A stretch of 64,000 bases of DNA from Escherichia phage EcS1. The notes beneath the pieces were generated by a model. That model did no database searches. It was not told the DNA's origin and worked only from the letters and a program-made list of their open reading frames with translations. Each line of letters begins with the position of its first letter. The first letter of the stretch is position 1. The stretch is from sequence record NC_055721.1. The stretch is one strand, 5' to 3'. A program made the position numbers and the translations under genes. This document shows, in pieces, positions 37,364 to 44,329 of the stretch.

Positions 37364-38172
37364 TTCACCTCAACATGCTTAGTACGACACATCTTAACAA
37401 ACTCTTCTACAGCAAGAAGATTTACGCCTTTATCATGATCAACAAATGATTTCATTTGTTCTGGTAAATCTTCTAAGAACCATTGGCGATTTTTATCACT
37501 ATAACTTCCACGAGAAGATTCAAAATTATACACACTCATGCATAAAGCAAATCGGAATGTTTTACCTTCAATACGAGCTTCAAACCAGGCACCATATAAA
37601 GATTCAGTAGAATATTTACTTGAATCAGGTTTAATAAAATGATTAGCAGCATCATTATAATGCATCAAAGAATATTCATAAGCTCTGAGACCTAAGAACT
37701 TAATACCTTCAGACATACAAGAAACATCTTTTATAACTTTCAAAAATGTTTTTGAATCTTTAACATATACTGGAGCTGGGATTTTATTACCAATAGCATA
37801 TTGATGCATACGGATTTTATCAGTGCTCTGACGTTCGATATGCTTTACAATGTAATGTAAAAATGTATTAGGTGCTCCAGTATCAATTAGCTGTTGCATC
37901 ATAAGTACTCCGCCTGCGCTTGTTACATTCGACGGAATTTTAAATTTTTCTGGCTCTGCAGTCCAGACACCATCGCCTTCATAAAACATATTATTTCTCT
38001 CACTTAAAGGTAATGAATTTAATGCAATGAGTGCTTTCACTACGTATGAATCAAGTTTGCTCAATTCATAATTATCATGTAACAATGGTGTAATAAAACC
38101 TACACTCAGAGCATGTTCTTGACCTTGTTTGTTCGCATAGAAAACACGAAAGTCGTTAGTGAAAATAAACAT
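37360..38172 (-). CDS. hypothetical protein (270 aa)
   Basis: long co-oriented ORF; no motif recognised. Confidence 0.5.
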   Translation of the reverse strand: MFIFTNDFRVFYANKQGQEHALSVGFITPLLHDNYELSKLDSYVVKALIALNSLPLSERNNMFYEGDGVWTAEPEKFKIPSNVTSAGGVLMMQQLIDTGAPNTFLHYIVKHIERQSTDKIRMHQYAIGNKIPAPVYVKDSKTFLKVIKDVSCMSEGIKFLGLRAYEYSLMHYNDAANHFIKPDSSKYSTESLYGAWFEARIEGKTFRFALCMSVYNFESSRGSYSDKNRQWFLEDLPEQMKSFVDHDKGVNLLAVEEFVKMCRTKHVEVK

Positions 38173-38211
38173 TGTTCCTCCAAAGAGGACCGAAGTCCTC
38201 TTTATTACGAT

Positions 38212-38817
38212 TTATGCTTTCAGAGATTCGAGGTATTCAGCCAAGTCAGCGCTGGTAGACTCGACACCTGTTGCATTGCTGCCGTTGAATGTATCGATAC
38301 GAGAGATAATGGTATCAACATCAACTTTAGCGAGTTCAGCTGTTTCAATGATATCGTCTGCGGTAGAGAGACCCATTGAGTTGGCTGCATTACTTTCACG
38401 GATGAACTCAAGCTTAACAGCCAGGTCAGCACGTTGGTCATCAAGAGCAACTGTAGTACGTTCAATTTCTTCTTGCATTGCTACAAGTTCAGAAGCTTTA
38501 GTACGAAGAGCTGCTGCGGTACGACGATACAGAAGACCCAGTTTAGCGTGAGTGGTCACATCAACTGTAGGCTGAGTTTGCATCAGATGACGGATTTCAC
38601 GTTCTTTAGAAGCTGCATTTTGGTCTTTTTCATCAGCCAGAGCTTTCAAACGTGAGATTTCTTTCTTAGAAGTCGCATAACGTTTACGCAACTGATTGAT
38701 TTTATCGATGATTTTGTTCGCTGCTTCAGCATACTGTTGTTCGATTGTAGTGTGCTTAGTCATGAAGAAAGACAGCTGAGAACGAATGAATTCAACGATT
38801 TTTTTCAGAATAGACAT
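38212..38817 (-). CDS. coiled-coil protein, possibly PspA/IM30-like
   Basis: 201 aa predominantly heptad-like helical sequence; weak resemblance to PspA. Confidence 0.5.
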   Translation of the reverse strand: MSILKKIVEFIRSQLSFFMTKHTTIEQQYAEAANKIIDKINQLRKRYATSKKEISRLKALADEKDQNAASKEREIRHLMQTQPTVDVTTHAKLGLLYRRTAAALRTKASELVAMQEEIERTTVALDDQRADLAVKLEFIRESNAANSMGLSTADDIIETAELAKVDVDTIISRIDTFNGSNATGVESTSADLAEYLESLKA

Positions 38818-38874
38818 AATATTTCCTTTCAGTTTAAAGTAGATGTATTTTAATACTCAATAATATAAGCAAAC

Positions 38875-39075
38875 TTAGATTGTAGAACCAATCACAACTT
38901 TAGCGAAAGACCAATTTTTGTTAACATGCTTAACAATATCAGCCATTTTAACAGCTTCAAACAAATCAGTAACATGATACTCATGAGTTTCGGTATTCAG
39001 TATTGCACGGAAGTTTTCAAAACAGCCAAAGTCATCAGTGATTTCATCGATTGTTACTGTATTGAAAGTAGTCAT
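38875..39075 (-). CDS. hypothetical protein
   Basis: trimmed ORF downstream of promoter copy 3. Confidence 0.35.
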   Translation of the reverse strand: MTTFNTVTIDEITDDFGCFENFRAILNTETHEYHVTDLFEAVKMADIVKHVNKNWSFAKVVIGSTI

Positions 39076-39100
39076 TTTATTTCTCCAGGTTTCCATCATT

Positions 39101-39146
39101 TGTTTCGATGGAGCTATAATAACATGCCCTCAGGAGAAGTAAACAG
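39101..39146 (-). promoter_or_regulatory. early-type sigma70 promoter-like element (repeat copy 3)
   Basis: minus strand GTTTAC - 17 nt - TGtTATTATAGCT then CATCGAAACAA leader. Confidence 0.55.
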
Positions 39147-39162
39147 CTTTGTTTAAAGACCC

Positions 39163-39190
39163 GAAAGGGACCGCTAGGGTCCCTTCTTTT
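39163..39190. terminator. GC-rich hairpin, terminator-like
   Basis: AAGGGACC-GCTA-GGTCCCTT stem with T-run on the plus side; lies just downstream of the minus-strand IP-like gene. Confidence 0.4.
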
Positions 39191-39794
39191 ATTTACGTGA
39201 TTTTTCGTAACGAGCAGCGTCAGCAGCCAGAGTACCAGCGTTGCGAAGCTTATTGCTGATTTCTTTATGCAGAGGCTGAGTATAACGCAAACTTTCAATT
39301 GTTAGATACAGATTGTAAAGGTCTGGAGTTTCAAGGTTGTTCATGTGTTGATTATTACGCAGCTTAGCATATTCACGAACCAGAACGTTAGTTTCACTTT
39401 CAATCTCATTAATCAGTGAAGATAATTGCTTATACTTTTTAACTAATGAAGAAGTATCAAAGTTAAACTTAGGTCCTGCAACTGGTTTAGGAGCTGGCTT
39501 TGCGGCCGCAGGCTTAGGAGCCACAACTGGTTTAGCAACAGGAGCAGACTTAGGTGCTGGAGTTGCTTTTGGAGTTGCTTTAGCAGTACCGCCACCAGCT
39601 ACGATATCTTTAAACGCTTTAGATGCTTTATAATAGTCTTTTTGACTATCAGTACTAAAGCCATACATGTCTTTCACTGCTTTAAAGAACTCTGTAGTGG
39701 TTTTAGTTCCTTTAATCGAATCATAAGCAGCTTGCCACTTGTCTTTAGTCATACGCTCAGTAGCTTCTGAGATGAATTCTTTGAATTTTAACAT
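39189..39794 (-). CDS. internal-protein-like with capsid targeting sequence and Pro/Ala-rich linker
   Basis: 201 aa; N-terminus MLKFKEFISEA (CTS-like); central PA/K-rich low-complexity region. Confidence 0.55.
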   Translation of the reverse strand: MLKFKEFISEATERMTKDKWQAAYDSIKGTKTTTEFFKAVKDMYGFSTDSQKDYYKASKAFKDIVAGGGTAKATPKATPAPKSAPVAKPVVAPKPAAAKPAPKPVAGPKFNFDTSSLVKKYKQLSSLINEIESETNVLVREYAKLRNNQHMNNLETPDLYNLYLTIESLRYTQPLHKEISNKLRNAGTLAADAARYEKSRK

Positions 39795-40119
39795 TTTTGG
39801 TTCCTTTGAATATGAATTAGGTTTATTTTATATTTATCATATTCGTCCAGTGCGCACCGCTTGCTCAGATAGCCCGAAAGGGTCCCACCGAAGTAGAACC
39901 CTTTCAGAAGAATTGACAGCACTACCCACTTGCGGATAGCCTGCAAATGTTCATTTTATTATGCTCGTAGAGGCAAGTCTCACATAATAAAACATAGCGT
40001 CAGGAGGTGTCACTTTGCAGGTGATTAACAACTATGCTCATCCTCGGATAGAACATAGCAACGTAAACGTTCTCTTCTAGACTGACGTCTTATCGTAGGG
40101 TTGCAGCCCTAAACGAAAT

Positions 40120-40195
40120 TGGTGCTGAATGCAGGAATCGAACCCGCGACCTTCTCATTACAAGTGAGCTGCTCTACCTACTGAGCTAATTCAGC
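40120..40195 (-). tRNA. tRNA-Thr (anticodon UGU)
   Basis: 76 nt; perfect 7-bp acceptor stem, canonical D and T arms (TTCGATT), anticodon loop CTTGTAA, encoded CCA. Confidence 0.8.
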
Positions 40196-40199
40196 AATT

Positions 40200-40284
40200 T
40201 GGTGCATCGAGAGGGATTCGAACCCTCAATCCTCGCGGCGTGGCATTTTAAGTGCCATGTGTATACCAGTTCCACCATCGATGC
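40200..40284 (-). tRNA. tRNA-Leu (anticodon UAA)
   Basis: 85 nt class-II tRNA; anticodon arm TGGCA-CTTAAAA-TGCCA, T loop TTCGAAT, CCA encoded. Confidence 0.8.
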
Positions 40285-40288
40285 GAAT

Positions 40289-40364
40289 TGGTCGAGACAG
40301 TAGGGATCGAACCTACGACCTAGGACTTAGAAGGTCCTTGCTCTTCCGTCTGAGCTATGCCCCG
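40289..40364 (-). tRNA. tRNA-Arg (anticodon UCU)
   Basis: 76 nt; anticodon arm AGGAC-CTTCTAA-GTCCT, T loop TTCGATC, CCA encoded. Confidence 0.75.
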
Positions 40365-40537
40365 TCTTTGTATAAACGTTCTAAGTAAACATGCTCCATC
40401 GGTTTAACGATTTCGCCTTGTTTCAATAATTGTGTTTGAATAGGATTCAAATTATAAAATTTGATCACATCTCTGAGATCTTGTTCGCTATAATTAAAAG
40501 TTCCTACTTCTACTCCGATTTGCATAAGTATCCTTTT

Positions 40538-40624
40538 TGGAGCTAGGAGTGAGATTCGAACTCACGAAAGCATAACGCTACTGGATTTGCAATCCAGCGC
40601 CTTTGACCACTCGGCAATCCTAGC
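40538..40624 (-). tRNA. class-II tRNA with anticodon GCA (Ser/Tyr-type architecture, Cys anticodon)
   Basis: 87 nt; perfect acceptor stem GCTAGGA/TCCTAGC, D arm GCC-GAGTGGTCAAA-GGC, anticodon arm CTGGA-TTGCAAA-TCCAG, long variable arm, T loop TTCGAAT, CCA. Confidence 0.65.
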
Positions 40625-40755
40625 AAATGTTCAGGTGGGAGTCGAACCCACACGATTGAAGCCTCTCATCGGGTTACCTCTTACTCAGCTGGGTGCTTAA
40701 ACCAGCGTTTCAAACAGAGTCCGCCAACATGTCTACCGATTCCATCACTGAACAA
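40625..40755 (-). ncRNA. tRNA-like structured RNA, about 130 nt (possible stable-RNA analogue)
   Basis: canonical T arm GTGGG-TTCGACT-CCCAC and 7-bp acceptor pairing, but the ends are about 130 nt apart and no standard anticodon arm was found. Confidence 0.3.
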
Positions 40756-40758
40756 TTT

Positions 40759-40983
40759 TTACATATCTACTTGACAAAACCAGTTCATTTCAAAATATTC
40801 ATCAAAATGTAATGCAGGTTCTACTTGACAATTTTCTTCTAATAAGACCAAATTTCTTCTAACAATAGGGTCTAATGACGTGATGGTCAAAGCACTATCA
40901 TGATAGTAAATCAGAACACGAAGCGAATCTGTATCAACTAAATACCGAACATTCATATCAGGATGTTTGTAGAGGTTAATCAT
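40759..40983 (-). CDS. hypothetical protein
   Basis: 74-aa ORF. Confidence 0.35.
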   Translation of the reverse strand: MINLYKHPDMNVRYLVDTDSLRVLIYYHDSALTITSLDPIVRRNLVLLEENCQVEPALHFDEYFEMNWFCQVDM

Positions 40984-40989
40984 AACATT

Positions 40990-41436
40990 TTATCCTTGAA
41001 GCATTTCACGAACACGATAAAGATTAGAACAGAATTCTTGTTCAGTTAGAACAGTTTCATTCTTTTTATTCTTACCCATGCTATGAGTTAATGTTGAGTT
41101 ACGCGTAGCTAGGAGTGCTCTCTTGAATCCTTCATTCAAAGCCAGAGAATCATATGCTCGCTGAATTAAAGACGTATAGGCTATACTTTGACGTAAAATA
41201 GGGACACCTTTCCAGTACAACGTTTGGGTGCGCCACCAGTTCTTTTTCTTACCTTTGAACTTAGCTTTCTTACCAACTAATGTACAGACATGCTCTTGCA
41301 TTTCTACTGAAGAAAACTTCAATGATTGCAAGAAACCTTCCATTGATGCACACTGTACTCCATCAATTTCGAAAGCATGAGGAGCAAAGTTACTTAATGC
41401 ACAACTTGGGTACATTGAACCTGAACCAATATCCAT
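40990..41436 (-). CDS. NADAR (YbiA-like) domain protein
   Basis: 148 aa; SNFAPHAFEIDG...SMEGFLQSLKF, KRALLATRN, NLYRVREML align with remembered YbiA/NADAR blocks. Confidence 0.7.
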   Translation of the reverse strand: MDIGSGSMYPSCALSNFAPHAFEIDGVQCASMEGFLQSLKFSSVEMQEHVCTLVGKKAKFKGKKKNWWRTQTLYWKGVPILRQSIAYTSLIQRAYDSLALNEGFKRALLATRNSTLTHSMGKNKKNETVLTEQEFCSNLYRVREMLQG

Positions 41437-41527
41437 TATCCATTATTCCTTTGATGATAATAACAGCGTTTACATCGATACCAACCGAAATAATCTTTGT
41501 AGATTATTCTATTGCAGTTGGGACATT

Positions 41528-41782
41528 TCATGCTGGTTCTACCTCAGTCATTGTTGTCCGTTTCAGAACCACACAACCTTCTATTTCAGGGTCTTTCTTA
41601 ACCAGAACTCGTCCAGTAGGCGAAATAAGGCCAGTAATATGATTCAGAGCTTTAGCAGCATCATTGAAGCCATCAGCTTGCATAATCGTTCCGAATGAGA
41701 ACCCTTGATAGTGATTACTAAACTCGTAATAAGCGTATTCTTCACGAATAGGGCAATAAATCACATAATCAACATTCAGCAT
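41528..41782 (-). CDS. hypothetical protein
   Basis: 84-aa ORF. Confidence 0.35.
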   Translation of the reverse strand: MLNVDYVIYCPIREEYAYYEFSNHYQGFSFGTIMQADGFNDAAKALNHITGLISPTGRVLVKKDPEIEGCVVLKRTTMTEVEPA

Positions 41783-42114
41783 AAGTCACCTACACATTGG
41801 AGAGCACGATGGTGTGACCATATTTCTAAAGTCTTTTCGTTGGCTTTATTAATTCGACGAAGGTCATTTAAATTACCTTTAACATATAACCCAAGTTCAC
41901 TTAACAAATGATCGATAGTGAAATAAGAAATATCTCGCAGTGGAGCATAACGGAACTTAATGAAGTGCCATTCATCAAACTCGTTTTTGGTAAACGCATA
42001 ATCAGCATGCATCATGAGTTCGCGAATCGTTTCACGCATCAAAAAGACATTACCGTGATAAGAATCATTTATAGCAACAATATGTGGACCTACACCTAGA
42101 TAGATACGAGACAT
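41776..42114 (-). CDS. hypothetical protein
   Basis: 112-aa ORF. Confidence 0.45.
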   Translation of the reverse strand: MSRIYLGVGPHIVAINDSYHGNVFLMRETIRELMMHADYAFTKNEFDEWHFIKFRYAPLRDISYFTIDHLLSELGLYVKGNLNDLRRINKANEKTLEIWSHHRALQCVGDLC

Positions 42115-42324
42115 AATATTTTCCTCAGTCAGTTTATTCTACATCATATTCAACTACAAGCACTTCTTCATAATCTTCAGGATTAAGAGTTTTAATGTAG
42201 TCTTCTGCTTTTTCTTTACTCGATAGAATCTTTAATGGCTTTGAATATTCATCATATCCATATTCACAGTTAAACTCTGACATAACAACTGCGTATACTA
42301 TCATAATATTTTCCTCATTTGAAT

Positions 42325-42401
42325 TGGTGGCCCTTGTCGGAGTCTAACCGACCTTACACCAGTTATGAGCTGGGCACTTTCACACGAAAGTATAAAGGGC
42401 C
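42325..42401 (-). tRNA. tRNA-like element with CAU anticodon (Met or Ile2), atypical T loop
   Basis: 77 nt; perfect acceptor GGCCCTT/AAGGGCC, anticodon loop CTCATAA, T arm GTCGG-TTAGACT-CCGAC, CCA encoded; 5' end overlaps a terminator hairpin. Confidence 0.5.
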
Positions 42402-42434
42402 ATTATTAAAATATTTTTACTTTAATAATGGCCC
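42397..42434 (-). terminator. rho-independent terminator (14-bp perfect inverted repeat)
   Basis: GGGCCATTATTAAA ... TTTAATAATGGCCC with 10-nt loop; on minus strand followed by TTTATAC; downstream of 42459..42743. Confidence 0.55.
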
Positions 42435-42458
42435 TCTCCGAAGAGAGGACAGAGGGTA

Positions 42459-42743
42459 TTACTTACACATGAACTTAGCAACTTCATCGAAGCTGTTCAA
42501 GATGTAATAAGACTTAGGCGCACTGTATTCAGTAGGTTTAATAGTAATACGTACACGACCATGCAAGTCTTCAACTAATCCAACAACAGCACTTGAACGA
42601 ACAACAGCACGAGCAGTTGTAGGAATCTGACCGGTAGTCAGAGCTTGAAGTTCGGTGTCAATAAGGATTACAATACGTTCAGACATTTTAATTTCCATTT
42701 GTTGTTTCGATGTAGTAATAATAACATGATTATTTTGAAGCAT
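42459..42743 (-). CDS. hypothetical protein
   Basis: 94-aa ORF downstream of promoter copy 4. Confidence 0.4.
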   Translation of the reverse strand: MLQNNHVIITTSKQQMEIKMSERIVILIDTELQALTTGQIPTTARAVVRSSAVVGLVEDLHGRVRITIKPTEYSAPKSYYILNSFDEVAKFMCK

Positions 42744-42750
42744 AACCGTT
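42703..42750 (-). promoter_or_regulatory. early-type promoter-like element (repeat copy 4)
   Basis: minus strand ATGCTTCA...TGtTATTATTACT...CATCGAAACAA. Confidence 0.45.
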
Positions 42751-42801
42751 CAGAGACTAAAAAGCCCAGTACAAGATTTCTCTTGCCCGGGCGTCATTAT
42801 T

Positions 42802-42876
42802 TGGAGCAGCATATCGGACTCGAACCGATGTCGACTGGGTGGAAGCCAGTAATATTAACCACTATACGAATGCTGC
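42802..42876 (-). tRNA. tRNA-Gly (anticodon UCC)
   Basis: 75 nt; anticodon arm ACTGG-CTTCCAC-CCAGT, T arm ATCGG-TTCGAGT-CCGAT, CCA. Confidence 0.75.
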
Positions 42877-42877
42877 A

Positions 42878-42951
42878 TGGCAGGCCCTGTAGGAATCGAA
42901 CCCACGTCGCTGAGGTTGGAGCTCAGAATGATACCACTATACCAAGGACCC
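42878..42951 (-). tRNA. tRNA-Trp (anticodon CCA)
   Basis: 74 nt; anticodon arm CTGAG-CTCCAAC-CTCAG, T loop TTCGATT; D stem weak. Confidence 0.6.
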
Positions 42952-43262
42952 GTTGATTGTACGGAACGCCTGGATTCGAACCAGGTTACAAAGCAGTTGA
43001 CGCTCCTTTGTATTTTGTAAGGCCATCATCTCGACCATATCCGAACGTTTCGTCAAAAACGCTACTCGGCTTATGGCAAAGACAAATCCTCGAACCGATA
43101 ATTGGTGGGAGCTGTTGGTAACGATCCAACCTCTCGAGCTCTTCAGGCAAGCGCTAATCCGTCTCAGCTAAACTCCCAGATCCACAAGAACTTTACAAGC
43201 ATTGCGCTTAACCTTTTCAGGAAGTTAGGGTACTATTTCTAGTCTGTGGTTATCCCTATTTT
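42952..43262 (-). ncRNA. structured non-coding region inside tRNA cluster (tRNA-like fragments)
   Basis: contains a canonical T arm CCTGG-TTCGAAT-CCAGG at about 42967-42985 and several hairpins but no complete cloverleaf was found by eye. Confidence 0.25.
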
Positions 43263-43338
43263 TGGTGGGAATAGCTGGATTTGAACCAGCGACCTATCGC
43301 TTATCGGGCGAGTGCTCTACCAACTGAGCTATATTCCC
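43263..43338 (-). tRNA. tRNA-Ile (anticodon GAU)
   Basis: 76 nt; GGGAATA acceptor, GCTCAGTTGGTAGAGC D arm, anticodon loop CCGATAA, T loop TTCAAAT, CCA. Confidence 0.8.
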
Positions 43339-43344
43339 ATAATT

Positions 43345-43421
43345 TGGTCTCCATATAAGGATTTGAACCTTAGACCTCCTGGCCCCAAACCAGGCGCTCT
43401 ACCAAACTGAGCTACACGGAG
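43345..43421 (-). tRNA. tRNA-Pro (anticodon UGG)
   Basis: 77 nt; anticodon arm CCTGG-TTTGGGG-CCAGG, T loop TTCAAAT, CCA. Confidence 0.75.
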
Positions 43422-43422
43422 A

Positions 43423-43668
43423 TTAATTTATATCAAATATGGTGCCATCTTTCCACATCATTGCGAAAAGAGGTGAAACTTTTGTTAAACGGTGTGCAAC
43501 TTTAACTTGACGGCTAAAACCTTCAATTTGAGCACCATAACCATTTATATCTAATACAAGACCAATATGAACTTTGCCAATATCAGACATACCATTTGAA
43601 GGTAATCCAATCATGACATAATCGTTAACTTCGATTTGTTTACCATATTTGTCAAATAATATCTTCAT
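43423..43668 (-). CDS. hypothetical protein embedded in tRNA cluster
   Basis: 81-aa ORF between tRNA-Pro and tRNA-Ser. Confidence 0.35.
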   Translation of the reverse strand: MKILFDKYGKQIEVNDYVMIGLPSNGMSDIGKVHIGLVLDINGYGAQIEGFSRQVKVAHRLTKVSPLFAMMWKDGTIFDIN

Positions 43669-43693
43669 AATTATTTATTCACCATATTTTAAT

Positions 43694-43787
43694 TGGAGGA
43701 AGCTGTGAGATTTGAACTCACGGAACCTGTCCCCAGGACCTCTAGTTTTCAAGACTAGTGCAATAAACCAGACTCTGCCAAGCTTCC
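43694..43787 (-). tRNA. tRNA-Ser (anticodon UGA)
   Basis: 94 nt class-II; anticodon arm CTAGT-CTTGAAA-ACTAG, long variable arm, T loop TTCAAAT, CCA. Confidence 0.75.
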
Positions 43788-43791
43788 GAAT

Positions 43792-43867
43792 TGGGGTGAC
43801 CTGTGGAATTCGAATCCACGACTACGAGAATCACAATCTCGAGTTCTACCAACTGAACTAAGGCCAC
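43792..43867 (-). tRNA. tRNA-His (anticodon GUG)
   Basis: 76 nt; anticodon arm CGAGA-TTGTGAT-TCTCG, T loop TTCGAAT, discriminator C, CCA. Confidence 0.7.
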
Positions 43868-43967
43868 ATCAATATTCACTCAGCCACTTCGTGCGGACCT
43901 GTCTCGATATTACGTGTAGTGGATTAGCTAGTTCACACCACTATATCGTCTAGAATGAATATTAATT

Positions 43968-44043
43968 TGGCTAGAGCGCTTGGATTCGAACCAAGGAATA
44001 CCAGAATCAAAATCTGGTGTCGTAACCGCTTGACTACGCTCTA
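43968..44043 (-). tRNA. tRNA-Gln (anticodon UUG)
   Basis: 76 nt; anticodon arm CCAGA-TTTTGAT-TCTGG, T loop TTCGAAT, CCA. Confidence 0.75.
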
Positions 44044-44045
44044 AT

Positions 44046-44121
44046 TGGAGGCGAGTGATGGAATCGAACCATCGCGTAAAGGGATATGAACCCTTTATTC
44101 TACCACTGAAGTTAACTCGCT
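44046..44121 (-). tRNA. tRNA-Met (anticodon CAU), initiator-like
   Basis: 76 nt; anticodon stem ends in three consecutive G-C pairs (AAGGG/CCCTT), loop TTCATAT, position 1-72 unpaired (A-C), CCA. Confidence 0.65.
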
Positions 44122-44248
44122 ATTGTCCGGGTTCTCGAAGTAAAAACAAGTAGCTTGATGTAGAACACATAAAGTGGGAACAACTCACTTCATCTCCTAG
44201 CATTATTGTATGGAGACTCAAACTCATCTTCAAGAACTGCTTCGTATT

Positions 44249-44325
44249 TGGCGGACGTGCTTGGACTCGAACCAAGGACCTATCGCTTAACAGGCGACCG
44301 CTCTAACCAACTGAGCTACACATCC
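44249..44325 (-). tRNA. tRNA-Asn (anticodon GUU)
   Basis: 77 nt; anticodon loop CTGTTAA, T loop TTCGAGT, CCA. Confidence 0.75.
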
Positions 44326-44329
44326 AAAA

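Noticed and set aside
39825-39845. Late promoter upstream of the IP-like gene (minus-strand GATAAATA)
   Set aside because: One mismatch from the strict TATAAATA late consensus; not called as a feature.
39739-39939. 66-aa plus-strand ORF in the gap between the IP-like gene and tRNA-Thr
   Set aside because: Opposite to all neighbouring genes, overlaps hairpins, and no ribosome-binding site; the interval more likely holds regulatory structure.
42645-42956. ORFs overlapping tRNA genes (42645..42956 +, 44206..44427 +, 45023..45259 -, 42319..42507 +)
   Set aside because: Each is fully explained by tRNA or tRNA-like sequence on the minus strand; spurious translations of structured RNA.
43113-43190. 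Candidate minus-strand tRNA with acceptor GGGAGTT/AGCTCCC
   Set aside because: T loop reads ATCGTTA (non-canonical at positions 54 and 58) and no consistent anticodon stem was found; kept only as part of the structured region finding.
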